Origin: an uncultured virus (IMG/VR IMGVR_UViG_3300029448_000016)
Lineage: Duplodnaviria; Heunggongvirae; Uroviricota; Caudoviricetes
DNA length: 64,000 nucleotides
Virus record (IMG/VR): IMGVR_UViG_3300029448_000016
Reading direction: 5' to 3' (one strand)
The translations under genes and the position numbers were made by a program. Positions 9,623 to 19,487 of this stretch are shown here, one piece after another. Below the pieces are notes generated by a model. The model worked only from the letters and a program-made list of their open reading frames with translations, made no database searches and was not told the origin of the DNA. Each line of letters opens with the position of its first letter. Within the stretch, counting starts at the first letter, position 1.

Positions 9623-10729
9623 ATGGCAGGATATAAATTCGGAAAGAACGCCGTTTTTGGAAGCGGCAACACAACAGACAACTTAGTAGGACCTAATCTT
9701 ATTGTTGGAAACACCAATATAGTATCTGGTTCGGCAGTTAATAGTTTAGTAGTAGGTACAGGTAACACCATTAAGGAAGACGCAGTGAATGTAAGTATAT
9801 TGGGTGGTAAAAATCATACAATAAATCCTAATTCAGAAGAGTGTGCTATCATTGGTGGTTCAGGTAATACAATAGAATCAACAAGTGGTTCACCTTCAGA
9901 TGCGTCTGTTATTCTTGGTGGAGCCTTGAATAAAGTAAAAGCTAGTTCTGATGGTATGATTGTAGTAGGTGGTTTGTTAGGTAACGCCTCATCTACAACT
10001 GGAGCTGACGATAGTGTTATACTAGGTGGTACGGCAAATTCGCTTGACGCTGGTATTAGTGATGCTATTGTAGGTGGAACACTTAATATAGGAAATGGTA
10101 GTTTTTCAGATGGAATTATAATAGGTAGTGGTAATAACTTCGGTTCTCAAAATTCTTCTTGTTTCGGTGATGGTAATACATTAGTTAACACAAATTATAG
10201 AATGTTCCTTGGAGGAAGTCATTTTGGTGCTGGGTCAACGACTGGAGATTATGCTGTAATGAGTGGATATTATCCATACTCTAACATAGCCCTTAATCGA
10301 GTTCACGGTGGAGGAAAGTTTGGTTCTGTAACAGGAAGTGCTCAATTTTTAGATACTATAGTAGGATGTCAGACAACTGACGGAACAGAAACTACAATGG
10401 TAAACCAAATCGCCGGAAGTGGTACTTCAATCCCTATTAGGCAAGATTCGTCGATGTTGATGAAAATTCACATTGTAGCTAGAAGGACAGGTACTCAAAC
10501 TGAGAGTGCTGCATATGAAATTCTAGGTTGTATTAAAAATGATAATGGAACAACTGCTTTACAAGGTTCAATTACTAAAACAGTTATTGCAGAAGCAGAT
10601 GCAGCTTGGGATGTTACAGCTGTAGCTAATAATACAGATGACACTTTAGATATTAAAGTCACTGGAGCAGCAGCTAAAAATATCAACTGGGTAGCTAAAG
10701 TTACTTTAGTGGAGACTAACGGAGCATAA
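9623..10729 (+). CDS. Virion fibre/spike protein B (paralogue of A)
   Basis: Same MAGYKFG start; shared C-terminal SAAYE...NNTDDT...KVTG...NW motifs; IGGxxN repeats. Confidence 0.65.
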   Translation: MAGYKFGKNAVFGSGNTTDNLVGPNLIVGNTNIVSGSAVNSLVVGTGNTIKEDAVNVSILGGKNHTINPNSEECAIIGGSGNTIESTSGSPSDASVILGGALNKVKASSDGMIVVGGLLGNASSTTGADDSVILGGTANSLDAGISDAIVGGTLNIGNGSFSDGIIIGSGNNFGSQNSSCFGDGNTLVNTNYRMFLGGSHFGAGSTTGDYAVMSGYYPYSNIALNRVHGGGKFGSVTGSAQFLDTIVGCQTTDGTETTMVNQIAGSGTSIPIRQDSSMLMKIHIVARRTGTQTESAAYEILGCIKNDNGTTALQGSITKTVIAEADAAWDVTAVANNTDDTLDIKVTGAAAKNINWVAKVTLVETNGA

Positions 10730-10731
10730 AC

Positions 10732-10890
10732 ATGAGTGCAGAAGAAGGTTTAAAAATACAAATAGCGCAACAAAAGTTACTCGTAGGAGAAGCCCTCTGT
10801 CCTAAAGAGGATGGAACTCTATGCGATGCTTGCTTAAGTGGTGACTTGAATTGTGCATTTAAGTTAGCTGTTAAAGAGCTACGTAAGTAG
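10732..10890 (+). CDS. Small Cys4 protein (52 aa)
   Basis: Hand-translated MSAEEGLKIQ...CPKEDGTLCDACLSGDLNCAF...; GGAG upstream. Confidence 0.5.
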   Translation: MSAEEGLKIQIAQQKLLVGEALCPKEDGTLCDACLSGDLNCAFKLAVKELRK

Positions 10891-10910
10891 AACACAAACA
10901 TCAAAACAAC

Positions 10911-10943
10911 GATAGTGGGGCTGAGCCCTGCTATCCTTTTTTT
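10911..10943 (+). terminator. Hairpin plus T-run terminator-like element
   Basis: GATAGTGGGG-CTGAG-CCCTGCTATC followed by CTTTTTTT. Confidence 0.55.
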
Positions 10944-10951
10944 AAGATAAT

Positions 10952-13705
10952 ATGGCCAGATTTAGTAATGTATTAAAGAGTATGCCTCACAACGCCGTTA
11001 ACAGGAGAGCACAATCTTCTGGTACACAAGGTACACAAGGTATCCAAGGTAAACAAGGTACTACCGGTGGAGGTGGTGGCGGAGGTACTCAAGGAACTCA
11101 AGGTAGACAAGGAACTACTGGTGGTCAAGGAACTCAAGGTAGACAAGGAACTACTGGTGGTCAAGGTACTCAAGGAAGACAAGGAACTACTGGCTCACAA
11201 GGAACTCAAGGTAGACAAGGAACTACTGGTGGACAAGGTACACAAGGTAGACAAGGAACTACAGGTAGTCAAGGTACACAAGGAACTACTGGCGCACAAG
11301 GAACACAGGGTAGACAAGGTACACAAGGTATTCAAGGCAAACAAGGTACTACAGGTAGTCAAGGAACTCAAGGAAGACAAGGAACAACTGGTTCTCAAGG
11401 TACACAGGGTAGACAAGGTACACAAGGTATTCAAGGTAAACAAGGAACTACAGGTAGTCAAGGTACACAAGGAACTACTGGCGCACAAGGAACACAAGGG
11501 CGTCAAGGTACACAAGGTAAACAAGGGACATTAGGTCTTTTTGGTGGAAACAGTATTGAATTTAATTATAGTAGTTTTGATATTACCGCTGGTTCTCCGG
11601 GACAAACTAATTTTGGATTTAATATTGCATTACCCGGTGGTGGAGGTGTGCCTAATTACGGTTTAATTTCTAAAGTAGGAATATCTGATTTTGATATTAA
11701 TACTACTGACGTCAGTGATTGGGTGGACTCACTCGATGATGGTACTGGTGCAGTAAGAGGACATTTAAGAATTTTTAGAACTAACGACTCAGATGAATTC
11801 GTTACTTTTAATATTACAGGAGCAAATGTTGCTGGTGGAGCAGGGACTACAGCTTATGAAGAAGTACAAGTACAGTTTGTTGATAGTAATGGTACTTTTA
11901 GTAATGGTGATGATTGTGTTATTAGTTTTGTACAAGCTGGAGCTCAGGGCACACAAGGTGTCCAAGGTAAACAGGGTACAACTGGTGGAGGAGGCGGTGG
12001 TGGTTCTCAAGGAACACAAGGTAGACAAGGAACACAAGGAACTACAGGAGCGCAAGGTACACAAGGAACTACAGGAGCTCAAGGTATTCAGGGTAAACAA
12101 GGTGTTCAAGGAGTTCAAGGAAAACAAGGAACACAAGGAACTACAGGAGCGCAAGGTACACAAGGAACTACAGGAGCTCAAGGTATTCAGGGTAAACAAG
12201 GAATACAAGGTACAACTGGTGCAGCTTCTACAGTAGCTGGTCCTCAAGGAACTCAAGGAACTACAGGAGCCCAAGGCATTCAGGGTAAACAAGGAATACA
12301 AGGAAAACAAGGTACACAAGGTAGACAAGGTACTACTGGAGAGGATTCCACAGTGGTTGGTCCTCAAGGTACACAAGGTAGACAAGGTACTACTGGTGCT
12401 ACAGGTTCTCAAGGAACCCAAGGAATACAAGGTAAACAAGGTACTCAGGGTATACAAGGTAAACAAGGTATTCAAGGTAATACTGGTGGCGGTGGTGGAG
12501 GAGGTACTCAAGGTACTCAAGGTCGTCAAGGAACACAAGGAACTACAGGAGCGCAAGGTACACAAGGAACTACAGGAGCACAAGGTATTCAGGGTAAACA
12601 AGGAATACAAGGTACAACTGGTGCAGATTCTACAGTAGCTGGTCCTCAAGGAACTCAAGGCCGTCAAGGTGTACAAGGAAAACAAGGTACTCAAGGTACA
12701 CAAGGAATACAAGGTAAACAAGGAACACAAGGTAGACAAGGAGTTACTGGTGCAGATTCTACAGTAGTTGGTCCTCAAGGTACTCAGGGTATACAAGGTA
12801 AACAAGGTATTCAAGGTAATACTGGTGGCGGTGGTGGAGGAGGTTCACAAGGAACTCAAGGCCGTCAAGGTGTACAAGGAAAACAAGGTAAACAAGGAAC
12901 ACAAGGAACTACAGGTTTACAAGGAACACAAGGTAGACAAGGAGTTACTGGTGCAGATTCTACTGTTCCGGGACCAGTTGGTAATCAGGGAATTCAAGGT
13001 AAACAAGGACGTGTAGGTGACCAAGGTACACAAGGAAGACAAGGTACTCAGGGTATACAAGGTAAACAAGGTATTCAAGGTAATACTGGTGGCGGTGGTG
13101 GAGGAGGTTCTCAAGGAACTCAAGGCCGTCAAGGTACTACTGGTTCACAAGGTACACAAGGTAGACAAGGAGTTACTGGTGCAGATTCTACTGTTCCGGG
13201 ACCAGTTGGTAATCAGGGAATTCAAGGTAAACAAGGACGTGTAGGTGACCAAGGTACACAAGGAAGACAAGGTACACAAGGTAGACAGGGTGTACAAGGA
13301 AAACAAGGTTCATCCGGTGGAGGAGGCGGTGGTGGTTCTCAAGGAACTCAAGGCCGCCAAGGTGTACAAGGTAAACAGGGAACTACAGGAAGTACTGGTT
13401 CAGGTGGTTCTACAGGAAGTCAAGGTACACAAGGAAAACAAGGTACGACTGGTACTGGTAACCAAGGTACACAAGGAAAACAAGGACAAACTGGTGCAAC
13501 TGGTGGTGGTGGTGGTGGTGGAGGAACTACTATTTCACACGTAGGTGCAGGTGGTTCGGCTTTATTTGGTGCAGCTCCAGTAACTTATGTACCTTCTGGT
13601 GCTCCAGTAGAAATGTATGATATGGCAACCGTAGGAGTACCAAATGGATATTTAACCGCGTCTGTAGGAGGAGCAACGCGTGCTTGGCCATCTTGGTCAC
13701 CATAA
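10952..13705 (+). CDS. Collagen-like (Gly-X-Gln) fibre protein with an internal globular domain
   Basis: Long GTQ/GRQ/GKQ/GIQ triplet runs, poly-Gly hinges and a non-repetitive domain at about aa 195-330. Confidence 0.85.
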   Translation: MARFSNVLKSMPHNAVNRRAQSSGTQGTQGIQGKQGTTGGGGGGGTQGTQGRQGTTGGQGTQGRQGTTGGQGTQGRQGTTGSQGTQGRQGTTGGQGTQGRQGTTGSQGTQGTTGAQGTQGRQGTQGIQGKQGTTGSQGTQGRQGTTGSQGTQGRQGTQGIQGKQGTTGSQGTQGTTGAQGTQGRQGTQGKQGTLGLFGGNSIEFNYSSFDITAGSPGQTNFGFNIALPGGGGVPNYGLISKVGISDFDINTTDVSDWVDSLDDGTGAVRGHLRIFRTNDSDEFVTFNITGANVAGGAGTTAYEEVQVQFVDSNGTFSNGDDCVISFVQAGAQGTQGVQGKQGTTGGGGGGGSQGTQGRQGTQGTTGAQGTQGTTGAQGIQGKQGVQGVQGKQGTQGTTGAQGTQGTTGAQGIQGKQGIQGTTGAASTVAGPQGTQGTTGAQGIQGKQGIQGKQGTQGRQGTTGEDSTVVGPQGTQGRQGTTGATGSQGTQGIQGKQGTQGIQGKQGIQGNTGGGGGGGTQGTQGRQGTQGTTGAQGTQGTTGAQGIQGKQGIQGTTGADSTVAGPQGTQGRQGVQGKQGTQGTQGIQGKQGTQGRQGVTGADSTVVGPQGTQGIQGKQGIQGNTGGGGGGGSQGTQGRQGVQGKQGKQGTQGTTGLQGTQGRQGVTGADSTVPGPVGNQGIQGKQGRVGDQGTQGRQGTQGIQGKQGIQGNTGGGGGGGSQGTQGRQGTTGSQGTQGRQGVTGADSTVPGPVGNQGIQGKQGRVGDQGTQGRQGTQGRQGVQGKQGSSGGGGGGGSQGTQGRQGVQGKQGTTGSTGSGGSTGSQGTQGKQGTTGTGNQGTQGKQGQTGATGGGGGGGGTTISHVGAGGSALFGAAPVTYVPSGAPVEMYDMATVGVPNGYLTASVGGATRAWPSWSP

Positions 13706-13720
13706 AACTAACAATGACAG

Positions 13721-13735
13721 AGAAACCTTTAAATA
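13721..13735 (+). promoter_or_regulatory. BRE-TATA promoter (AGAAACCTTTAAATA) for a leaderless transcript
   Basis: About 22 nt upstream of the ATG at 13757. Confidence 0.6.
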
Positions 13736-13756
13736 TGGGTGAGAGGTATTATTATA

Positions 13757-13966
13757 ATGAAGACTGAAGAGCGCGACGAACTTTTAATCCGTATGGACGA
13801 AAGAGTTAAAACAGTATTCAATAAAATGGAACAATTCGAAACTCTTTTCACGAATCATCTTGCACACCACGAATTGTGGGAAAACGATATCCGTAGCCAA
13901 ATACGATGGTGGGTCGGTATTGCTTTTGTAGCAGCTGGTGGAGCAGGTGCAATGGGGATGATGTAA
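13757..13966 (+). CDS. Small coiled-coil protein with C-terminal TM (holin-like)
   Basis: LIRMDERV coiled coil and TM WWVGIAFVAAGG; start moved to the promoter-proximal ATG. Confidence 0.55.
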   Translation: MKTEERDELLIRMDERVKTVFNKMEQFETLFTNHLAHHELWENDIRSQIRWWVGIAFVAAGGAGAMGMM

Positions 13967-13967
13967 A

Positions 13968-14435
13968 ATGGCAATAACAGCAATAACTGATTTACCGAGT
14001 CTTAGAACTCGGGTAAGACTTATATCCGGTATAGAACAGGAGGAGTTAGATAATGACACTGTCGATATTCTTATCAGTGTAGCTTCTGAGTGGTTTTTAT
14101 CTCAAATAGGCACTGCTTATGTTATCGGAAATGATTCTGCTTATGATAACGCAGTTATGTATTATTCTTGTTATCTTGCCTGTATAGCTCAGAATGGTAT
14201 GGGTATAGAACGAATACAAGTAGGAGACTTAGCTGTATATTACGAGGATGACCAATTTATACATTTCAAAGAATTAGCTGAACAATGTTTAGTAATGAAA
14301 CAAAGTCTCAGTATCAAACGAACTGAGTACAATGCAGCACCATGGCTTGGGAAAGTTAACTGGAATAAAAACGTTACTGGTGTCGACGCTACTAAAGATA
14401 TGTACCCAAGTCCTAGAGGGACAAGGGAGAATTAA
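13968..14435 (+). CDS. Head-tail adaptor
   Basis: Position; RTRVRLISG and ERIQVGDLAVYY patterns typical of adaptor proteins. Confidence 0.6.
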   Translation: MAITAITDLPSLRTRVRLISGIEQEELDNDTVDILISVASEWFLSQIGTAYVIGNDSAYDNAVMYYSCYLACIAQNGMGIERIQVGDLAVYYEDDQFIHFKELAEQCLVMKQSLSIKRTEYNAAPWLGKVNWNKNVTGVDATKDMYPSPRGTREN

Positions 14436-15490
14436 TGCCCGGTCTGATTGGTTCTCAGGGCATTCGTCCCGGAGCCTTAAATATGGGAAGAGTATTCCGT
14501 GCCCTTAGGTACAGAACAGAACAAGCTCAAACAGTTACATACCATAGACCACCTATTTATACAACAGATGCATATGGTGTACCAAATGGTGCAGTTTTGA
14601 CAGAAGAACTTTTATTACCAGATTTACCAGCTATTATAAGACCAGCAGTTACTGCAAATTTTCAACATCAAAGAGATGGGAATAATATTATAGGAGCTGC
14701 TAGGATATACACACCTAATATGAATACAATCAAAGGTGTATCTTTAAGTGGTAGCGCAGGTATAAGCAACGGTAATTTTAATCAAAATAATAATGCTAAC
14801 TTTAATGAAATAGAAGGTTGGGATAGATTAATTACAAATTATAGAACTGTTTATAATGTATGGACAAGTGGGACTACAATGACTTCAGGTAGTAATAGAT
14901 ATGCTTGGACTGAGGGCGGTGCTGGAACTCTTAGTTCAGATGGAGAATCTATAACTAACACTGGTGTATCAACTTCTATGACATACACACCAACAGTAGC
15001 TGCTGGAGTAAATAATAATGTTCTAGAAGCAGATAGACTTAGATTTAAGATTAAAACAAATGATACCAATTTAGTATTAACCTCAATTGTTGTAACAAAC
15101 GCATCCAACCACACACTTACTTACACACCTACTGCTTTGACAGTAACCCAAAATACATGGTTATCTGTCGATGTACCTTATATATCAGGAACTACTACTG
15201 ACAATACAAGTATATTCCAAGCTGGTACTAGATACGCAGTTGGAGTAGCAGCAGCCAATTTAGGGGGTGCTTCATCTTATGATTACGAAAAAGGATTAAA
15301 AAACATAACATTTAATTACACTGGCCCAGCCGCAATAACAGACACTGTACAAATAAGGCAAGCTGAGTTTTATAAATCAGTATCATGGCACGTACATTCA
15401 TTAAAAGATATGACTGATGGTTACATAATATTTGATTGTGTAAGGGTTTCAGGAAGAGACGACGCACGTAGAAGGGCGGAGGATACTTAA
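14435..15490 (+). CDS. Head-closure-like protein with an inserted beta-rich domain
   Basis: Position; QTVTYHR..TDAYG N-terminus; larger than a typical stopper. Confidence 0.5.
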   Translation: MPGLIGSQGIRPGALNMGRVFRALRYRTEQAQTVTYHRPPIYTTDAYGVPNGAVLTEELLLPDLPAIIRPAVTANFQHQRDGNNIIGAARIYTPNMNTIKGVSLSGSAGISNGNFNQNNNANFNEIEGWDRLITNYRTVYNVWTSGTTMTSGSNRYAWTEGGAGTLSSDGESITNTGVSTSMTYTPTVAAGVNNNVLEADRLRFKIKTNDTNLVLTSIVVTNASNHTLTYTPTALTVTQNTWLSVDVPYISGTTTDNTSIFQAGTRYAVGVAAANLGGASSYDYEKGLKNITFNYTGPAAITDTVQIRQAEFYKSVSWHVHSLKDMTDGYIIFDCVRVSGRDDARRRAEDT

Positions 15491-16023
15491 TGGCAATAGA
15501 CCATCTTAACGACATTGAGCGAGCTCTAATTGACAATCTCCGTTTAGGCAAATATAATACAGTTACAGCTCCAGACACAGCTGCAACAGGCAATGCTTGG
15601 ACAAGTGCAGACGTGACCGTTTTTGGGCAATTTCCAACCACAGTAGAAACTAAGTATCCATGTATTATCACAGAGATGGCAGCTAATGGGATTGAGACTC
15701 AATTTATGGGTCAACGTTTAACTAGTGGCTCATCTAATGCAATAGGGGAGCTCTATGGAGTAGCCTTTAATATCTATGTAGCAGTGGATAGTAAGTGCTC
15801 TATCACAGTAGGGGGAGAGGTCTATAAAGAGAGAAGGTTGCTTAATTATCTCATGCTTAATTGCGCTAATGTACTTATGGATGTAGATTTCCCAGCAGCA
15901 ACAGTGCCTGCAACCGTAGTAGAGCGTCATTTTAGTGGCTTTAGAGATATCGGATATAATCCTGATTTAGAGACGTGGAACGCTATAAGTTCGATGGTAA
16001 TAGTGTTTAAGAACAGTAGGTAG
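15490..16023 (+). CDS. Tail terminator/completion protein
   Basis: Position; KYPCII motif. Confidence 0.55.
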   Translation: MAIDHLNDIERALIDNLRLGKYNTVTAPDTAATGNAWTSADVTVFGQFPTTVETKYPCIITEMAANGIETQFMGQRLTSGSSNAIGELYGVAFNIYVAVDSKCSITVGGEVYKERRLLNYLMLNCANVLMDVDFPAATVPATVVERHFSGFRDIGYNPDLETWNAISSMVIVFKNSR

Positions 16024-16025
16024 TT

Positions 16026-17732
16026 ATGCCAGATAACTATGAATATGTTGGTGACAAATTTCAAACGCAGGATGCAATTAGAACTATTCATTTTTCTTTT
16101 CAACCACATCTTCCTTTTACAGCAGCTTATTCAATGGCTTTACAAAATGCCGGCGGAGGAAAACTTACACAAGACCCCGGTAAAAAGGCTTACTTTAGAT
16201 TAGCACCAAAAGATATAAAAGGTAGTTCAAATCCTAAATCGTTGAGTAATGATAGAAAATATCCTTGGGAGTCAGGACATCCTCTTTCTAGACGAGACAT
16301 CTTTAGAGGAATAGGTTCTGGAAGATTAACCAAAATGGCACAGTCTCAGAACAGACAAGAAAATACACTGAGGCAATTACCTAACACAGGTCCACCAACT
16401 TCATTTATGGGTGGACAATTGGCAGCATTGTTAAATGTAGATTATAAAACTAAAAACCCAATATTCACACCAGAATCGTCGAGAGATGCGACTGAGATGG
16501 AATTAAAGATGATTGCAGAAGGGTTTGATAACATAGCAAAAGTTCAAGGAGGTCAGGGTCAGGATTTAAACAAAAAGTTTGAACCAACATATACTGATAG
16601 GACTGGAAGAGGTTTCGATATAGATTTAACTAAATATAATACACTATCTAGTTATATTGAATCCGTTATGAAAGATGGTGTACAGTATTCTGATTTAGAA
16701 ATAACAAAGGCAGAAAATAAAGTATTAGGTACTTTTAAAGGTCAAGAAAAGATAACTCAGAAGAACAAGAAAGTGTGGGAAAACCATATAGATAATAAGT
16801 TTGCAAAATACAATGCAACCATTAGAGAAGCCTATGCTAATTCTGAAGCAACTTTAGAAAGTGGATTAATGCCTTCAAAGGCTTTAGTAGGAGGACAAAG
16901 TTTTGAATATGCTAGAACTTTAGCTACTACACCCGGAGGCGATAGTTCTTCAGATAATTATAATATTAGACAGATTTTAGATAGGTTTGCTCGTAACAAT
17001 ATGAAACCATATTTATTTCAAGCACAATTTTCGAGTGACAGATGGGGTCTTACTGTAATTACGCCTCAGCTTGAAAATGGAATCCCTCAGTTTAGTAGAG
17101 GAACAACAGCAGTCATAACTACGTCGAAGGATATGATGACAGGATATACTAGACATGTTAGTAATTTAAAAACTACTGATTCAAAAAAAGTAGCAGCAGA
17201 AGTTACAAAGGTCAAACGAATTATAAGAGAGACTGCGGTTTTGACTCGAGCAAGAATAGAAACCTTAGGAAAGTACGCCAACGCCCTTACACAGATTAAT
17301 GCAGATGGACAGATAGAAACTTATCTAAGTACTGATGGACCAGACCAAGTACACAAAATACAAATGAAGGTTGCTAAAAAACTAAAAGACGATATTGATG
17401 CTTATTTTAATAGTGCTCCAATGCAAGGAAGATTTAAAGAATTTTACAATAATCTTATTGTAGTTAGTAATCAATTAACTAAAGCATGGTTTAGAAACTC
17501 TGCGGCAATTGTAGGTAAGGTAACTGGAGAACCCATATCTGAAGAGTTTAAATATGGTCAAGCGTGGGATGGCCCACGTAAAAAATATTTAGGTGTGTGG
17601 AGTAGCCCTACCGAAAACACTTGGAAAGGTGATGGTATGGGGTATAATTTTTCAGTCGCTCCTGTGCTTGAGTCCCGTCGTGATTTATCTTCTAATTTAA
17701 ATATAAAAAGCACCTATGAAATACAAGAGTAA
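16026..17732 (+). CDS. Hypothetical protein in the morphogenesis module (568 aa)
   Basis: Long ORF; no motif recognised. Confidence 0.7.
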   Translation: MPDNYEYVGDKFQTQDAIRTIHFSFQPHLPFTAAYSMALQNAGGGKLTQDPGKKAYFRLAPKDIKGSSNPKSLSNDRKYPWESGHPLSRRDIFRGIGSGRLTKMAQSQNRQENTLRQLPNTGPPTSFMGGQLAALLNVDYKTKNPIFTPESSRDATEMELKMIAEGFDNIAKVQGGQGQDLNKKFEPTYTDRTGRGFDIDLTKYNTLSSYIESVMKDGVQYSDLEITKAENKVLGTFKGQEKITQKNKKVWENHIDNKFAKYNATIREAYANSEATLESGLMPSKALVGGQSFEYARTLATTPGGDSSSDNYNIRQILDRFARNNMKPYLFQAQFSSDRWGLTVITPQLENGIPQFSRGTTAVITTSKDMMTGYTRHVSNLKTTDSKKVAAEVTKVKRIIRETAVLTRARIETLGKYANALTQINADGQIETYLSTDGPDQVHKIQMKVAKKLKDDIDAYFNSAPMQGRFKEFYNNLIVVSNQLTKAWFRNSAAIVGKVTGEPISEEFKYGQAWDGPRKKYLGVWSSPTENTWKGDGMGYNFSVAPVLESRRDLSSNLNIKSTYEIQE

Positions 17733-17736
17733 ACAC

Positions 17737-17749
17737 AAGCTTTATATAG
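17737..17749 (+). promoter_or_regulatory. BRE-TATA promoter of the tail operon
   Basis: AAGCTTTATATAG in the intergenic gap. Confidence 0.6.
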
Positions 17750-17828
17750 TAACTTAATCTAATTTAAAAGTAACGAGTGTAATGTAACGCAAATTTGTCT
17801 AGACAACAAAATAAGGAGAAAATAAAAT

Positions 17829-18773
17829 ATGACATATTTCCTAGGAAGAGACGTCGACGTATTCGTCACATTAGAAGCCACAACCGCTTCAACTGCTGTA
17901 GGCTTAGAGGCAGATGTACAAGGGACAACTATCCCAGTTTGTGCATTGGTTACTTCTGGTGCTACCGGTCCTGACACCAACATTTTTGCAAATACCATGC
18001 AAAGCGATGCTACTGTCTTGGCCTCACGAGTACACGACTTGACAGGAGTTGACCTGTCTATATCTACATCTGATGAAGAAGTTGGTCCATTCATGGGTCA
18101 AGTTTCAACTCAGTCTGTAGAATTAAGAAAAGATATGACTGTCACACTAACACACAAGAAGAGTGATGAATTGTGGGACGCCATATACAATGGTCCAAGT
18201 AATGGACTCGAATTTGAAGGTCGCGAAACAGATGCTACTGGTGACACTAATAGTAACACTACACTTGATGGACTTACATCCACTGCCGGTTATAGAGTAG
18301 GTATGTTCATTGTAGGTGCAGGTATACCAAAAGGAACAATTATAGCTGCTATTGTAGACGCAAATACCGTAACAATGTCAGCATCCGCAACAGCTACTGC
18401 AAACGTTCCAGTATCATTTTTAGACTTACCAGCATATTTACATCAAGGTGCAAGATTTGGAGTAATGTATACCGGTTCAACGCCATTAATATCAATGGGA
18501 AGAACTAATCCTAAATCTGCTGTATCTGGTGCAACATATGCTTTACACCCTTCTAATCCGGTTAATTACGGATACAGGGTTCACGTTAGAATGAAAGACA
18601 CGGCTGAAGTATACACCGTTAGAAACGCTGCAATAACAGGACACACAGTTACCTTAAATGCAGACGGTGTTACAGAAGAAACTTTAGAATTAAAATCATC
18701 AGTATTACCAACATTATACACTGGTGCAACTAATACTTTTGACACAACAATGACAACTGTAGGGGAGATGTAA
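17829..18773 (+). CDS. Major tail (tube) protein 1 with insertion
   Basis: YFLGRDV start and HTVTLNADGVTEETLEL end; paralogous to the next ORF. Confidence 0.7.
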   Translation: MTYFLGRDVDVFVTLEATTASTAVGLEADVQGTTIPVCALVTSGATGPDTNIFANTMQSDATVLASRVHDLTGVDLSISTSDEEVGPFMGQVSTQSVELRKDMTVTLTHKKSDELWDAIYNGPSNGLEFEGRETDATGDTNSNTTLDGLTSTAGYRVGMFIVGAGIPKGTIIAAIVDANTVTMSASATATANVPVSFLDLPAYLHQGARFGVMYTGSTPLISMGRTNPKSAVSGATYALHPSNPVNYGYRVHVRMKDTAEVYTVRNAAITGHTVTLNADGVTEETLELKSSVLPTLYTGATNTFDTTMTTVGEM

Positions 18774-18775
18774 GT

Positions 18776-19402
18776 ATGGTTTACTTTATGGGACAAGATA
18801 TTGCTATGTTTATTACAACAGAAAACACAGCAACAGATAACGTATACGGTCTTTGCAGTCCAGCAGGAGTAATATCATGGTCGATAACGACAGGAAGCAA
18901 TCACATATTTGCAGGACCTTTATCAGGAAGTCTTGATTATCGAGATGGTACTGTGAAAGGTGTACCTCAGTTAACTAATGTAATTGGTTTAGATGTTTCA
19001 ATTGGAACTATGGATGAAGATATTACATATTTCGGATTCAGACAAACAACCAAAGCAGAAATCAAAAAAGAAACAACCATTAGTATTACACGAAAGAAAG
19101 AATCATTAGTGTGGGATTCAGTTTTTAATAACGAATCAGCAGCTTATGGTCGATGGGGTTGTTCAGGTACTACAGGTAACTCTGGACTTGAAGAACCTAC
19201 GGTTAACTTAGGTTTTAGAGTACATATACAATTACAAAATGGTACTGAAGTAATGAGTATACCCGGTTGTGTTTTAGCATCACACACAGTCACTACAAAC
19301 GTAGATGGCTCTGCTGATGAAACACTCGAGTTTACTACACCACTAACGCCAAGTTTCGGTCAAACAGCTGACCAAGCTGAATTATTGGCTACAGACCTAT
19401 AA
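18776..19402 (+). CDS. Tail tube protein 2 (paralogue)
   Basis: YFMGQDI, GFRVHIQL and HTVTTNVDGSADETLEF match the preceding ORF. Confidence 0.7.
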   Translation: MVYFMGQDIAMFITTENTATDNVYGLCSPAGVISWSITTGSNHIFAGPLSGSLDYRDGTVKGVPQLTNVIGLDVSIGTMDEDITYFGFRQTTKAEIKKETTISITRKKESLVWDSVFNNESAAYGRWGCSGTTGNSGLEEPTVNLGFRVHIQLQNGTEVMSIPGCVLASHTVTTNVDGSADETLEFTTPLTPSFGQTADQAELLATDL

Positions 19403-19487
19403 GGAGTATAGATGTTGAGAAACATCATTACACACGGGCGTCGTGTAAATAATACATGGCGCCTTGAATAAAAAAAGGAGAACAACA

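Noticed and set aside
10973..13544. Alternative-frame and antisense ORFs inside the collagen gene
   Set aside because: These are by-products of the stop-free triplet repeat.
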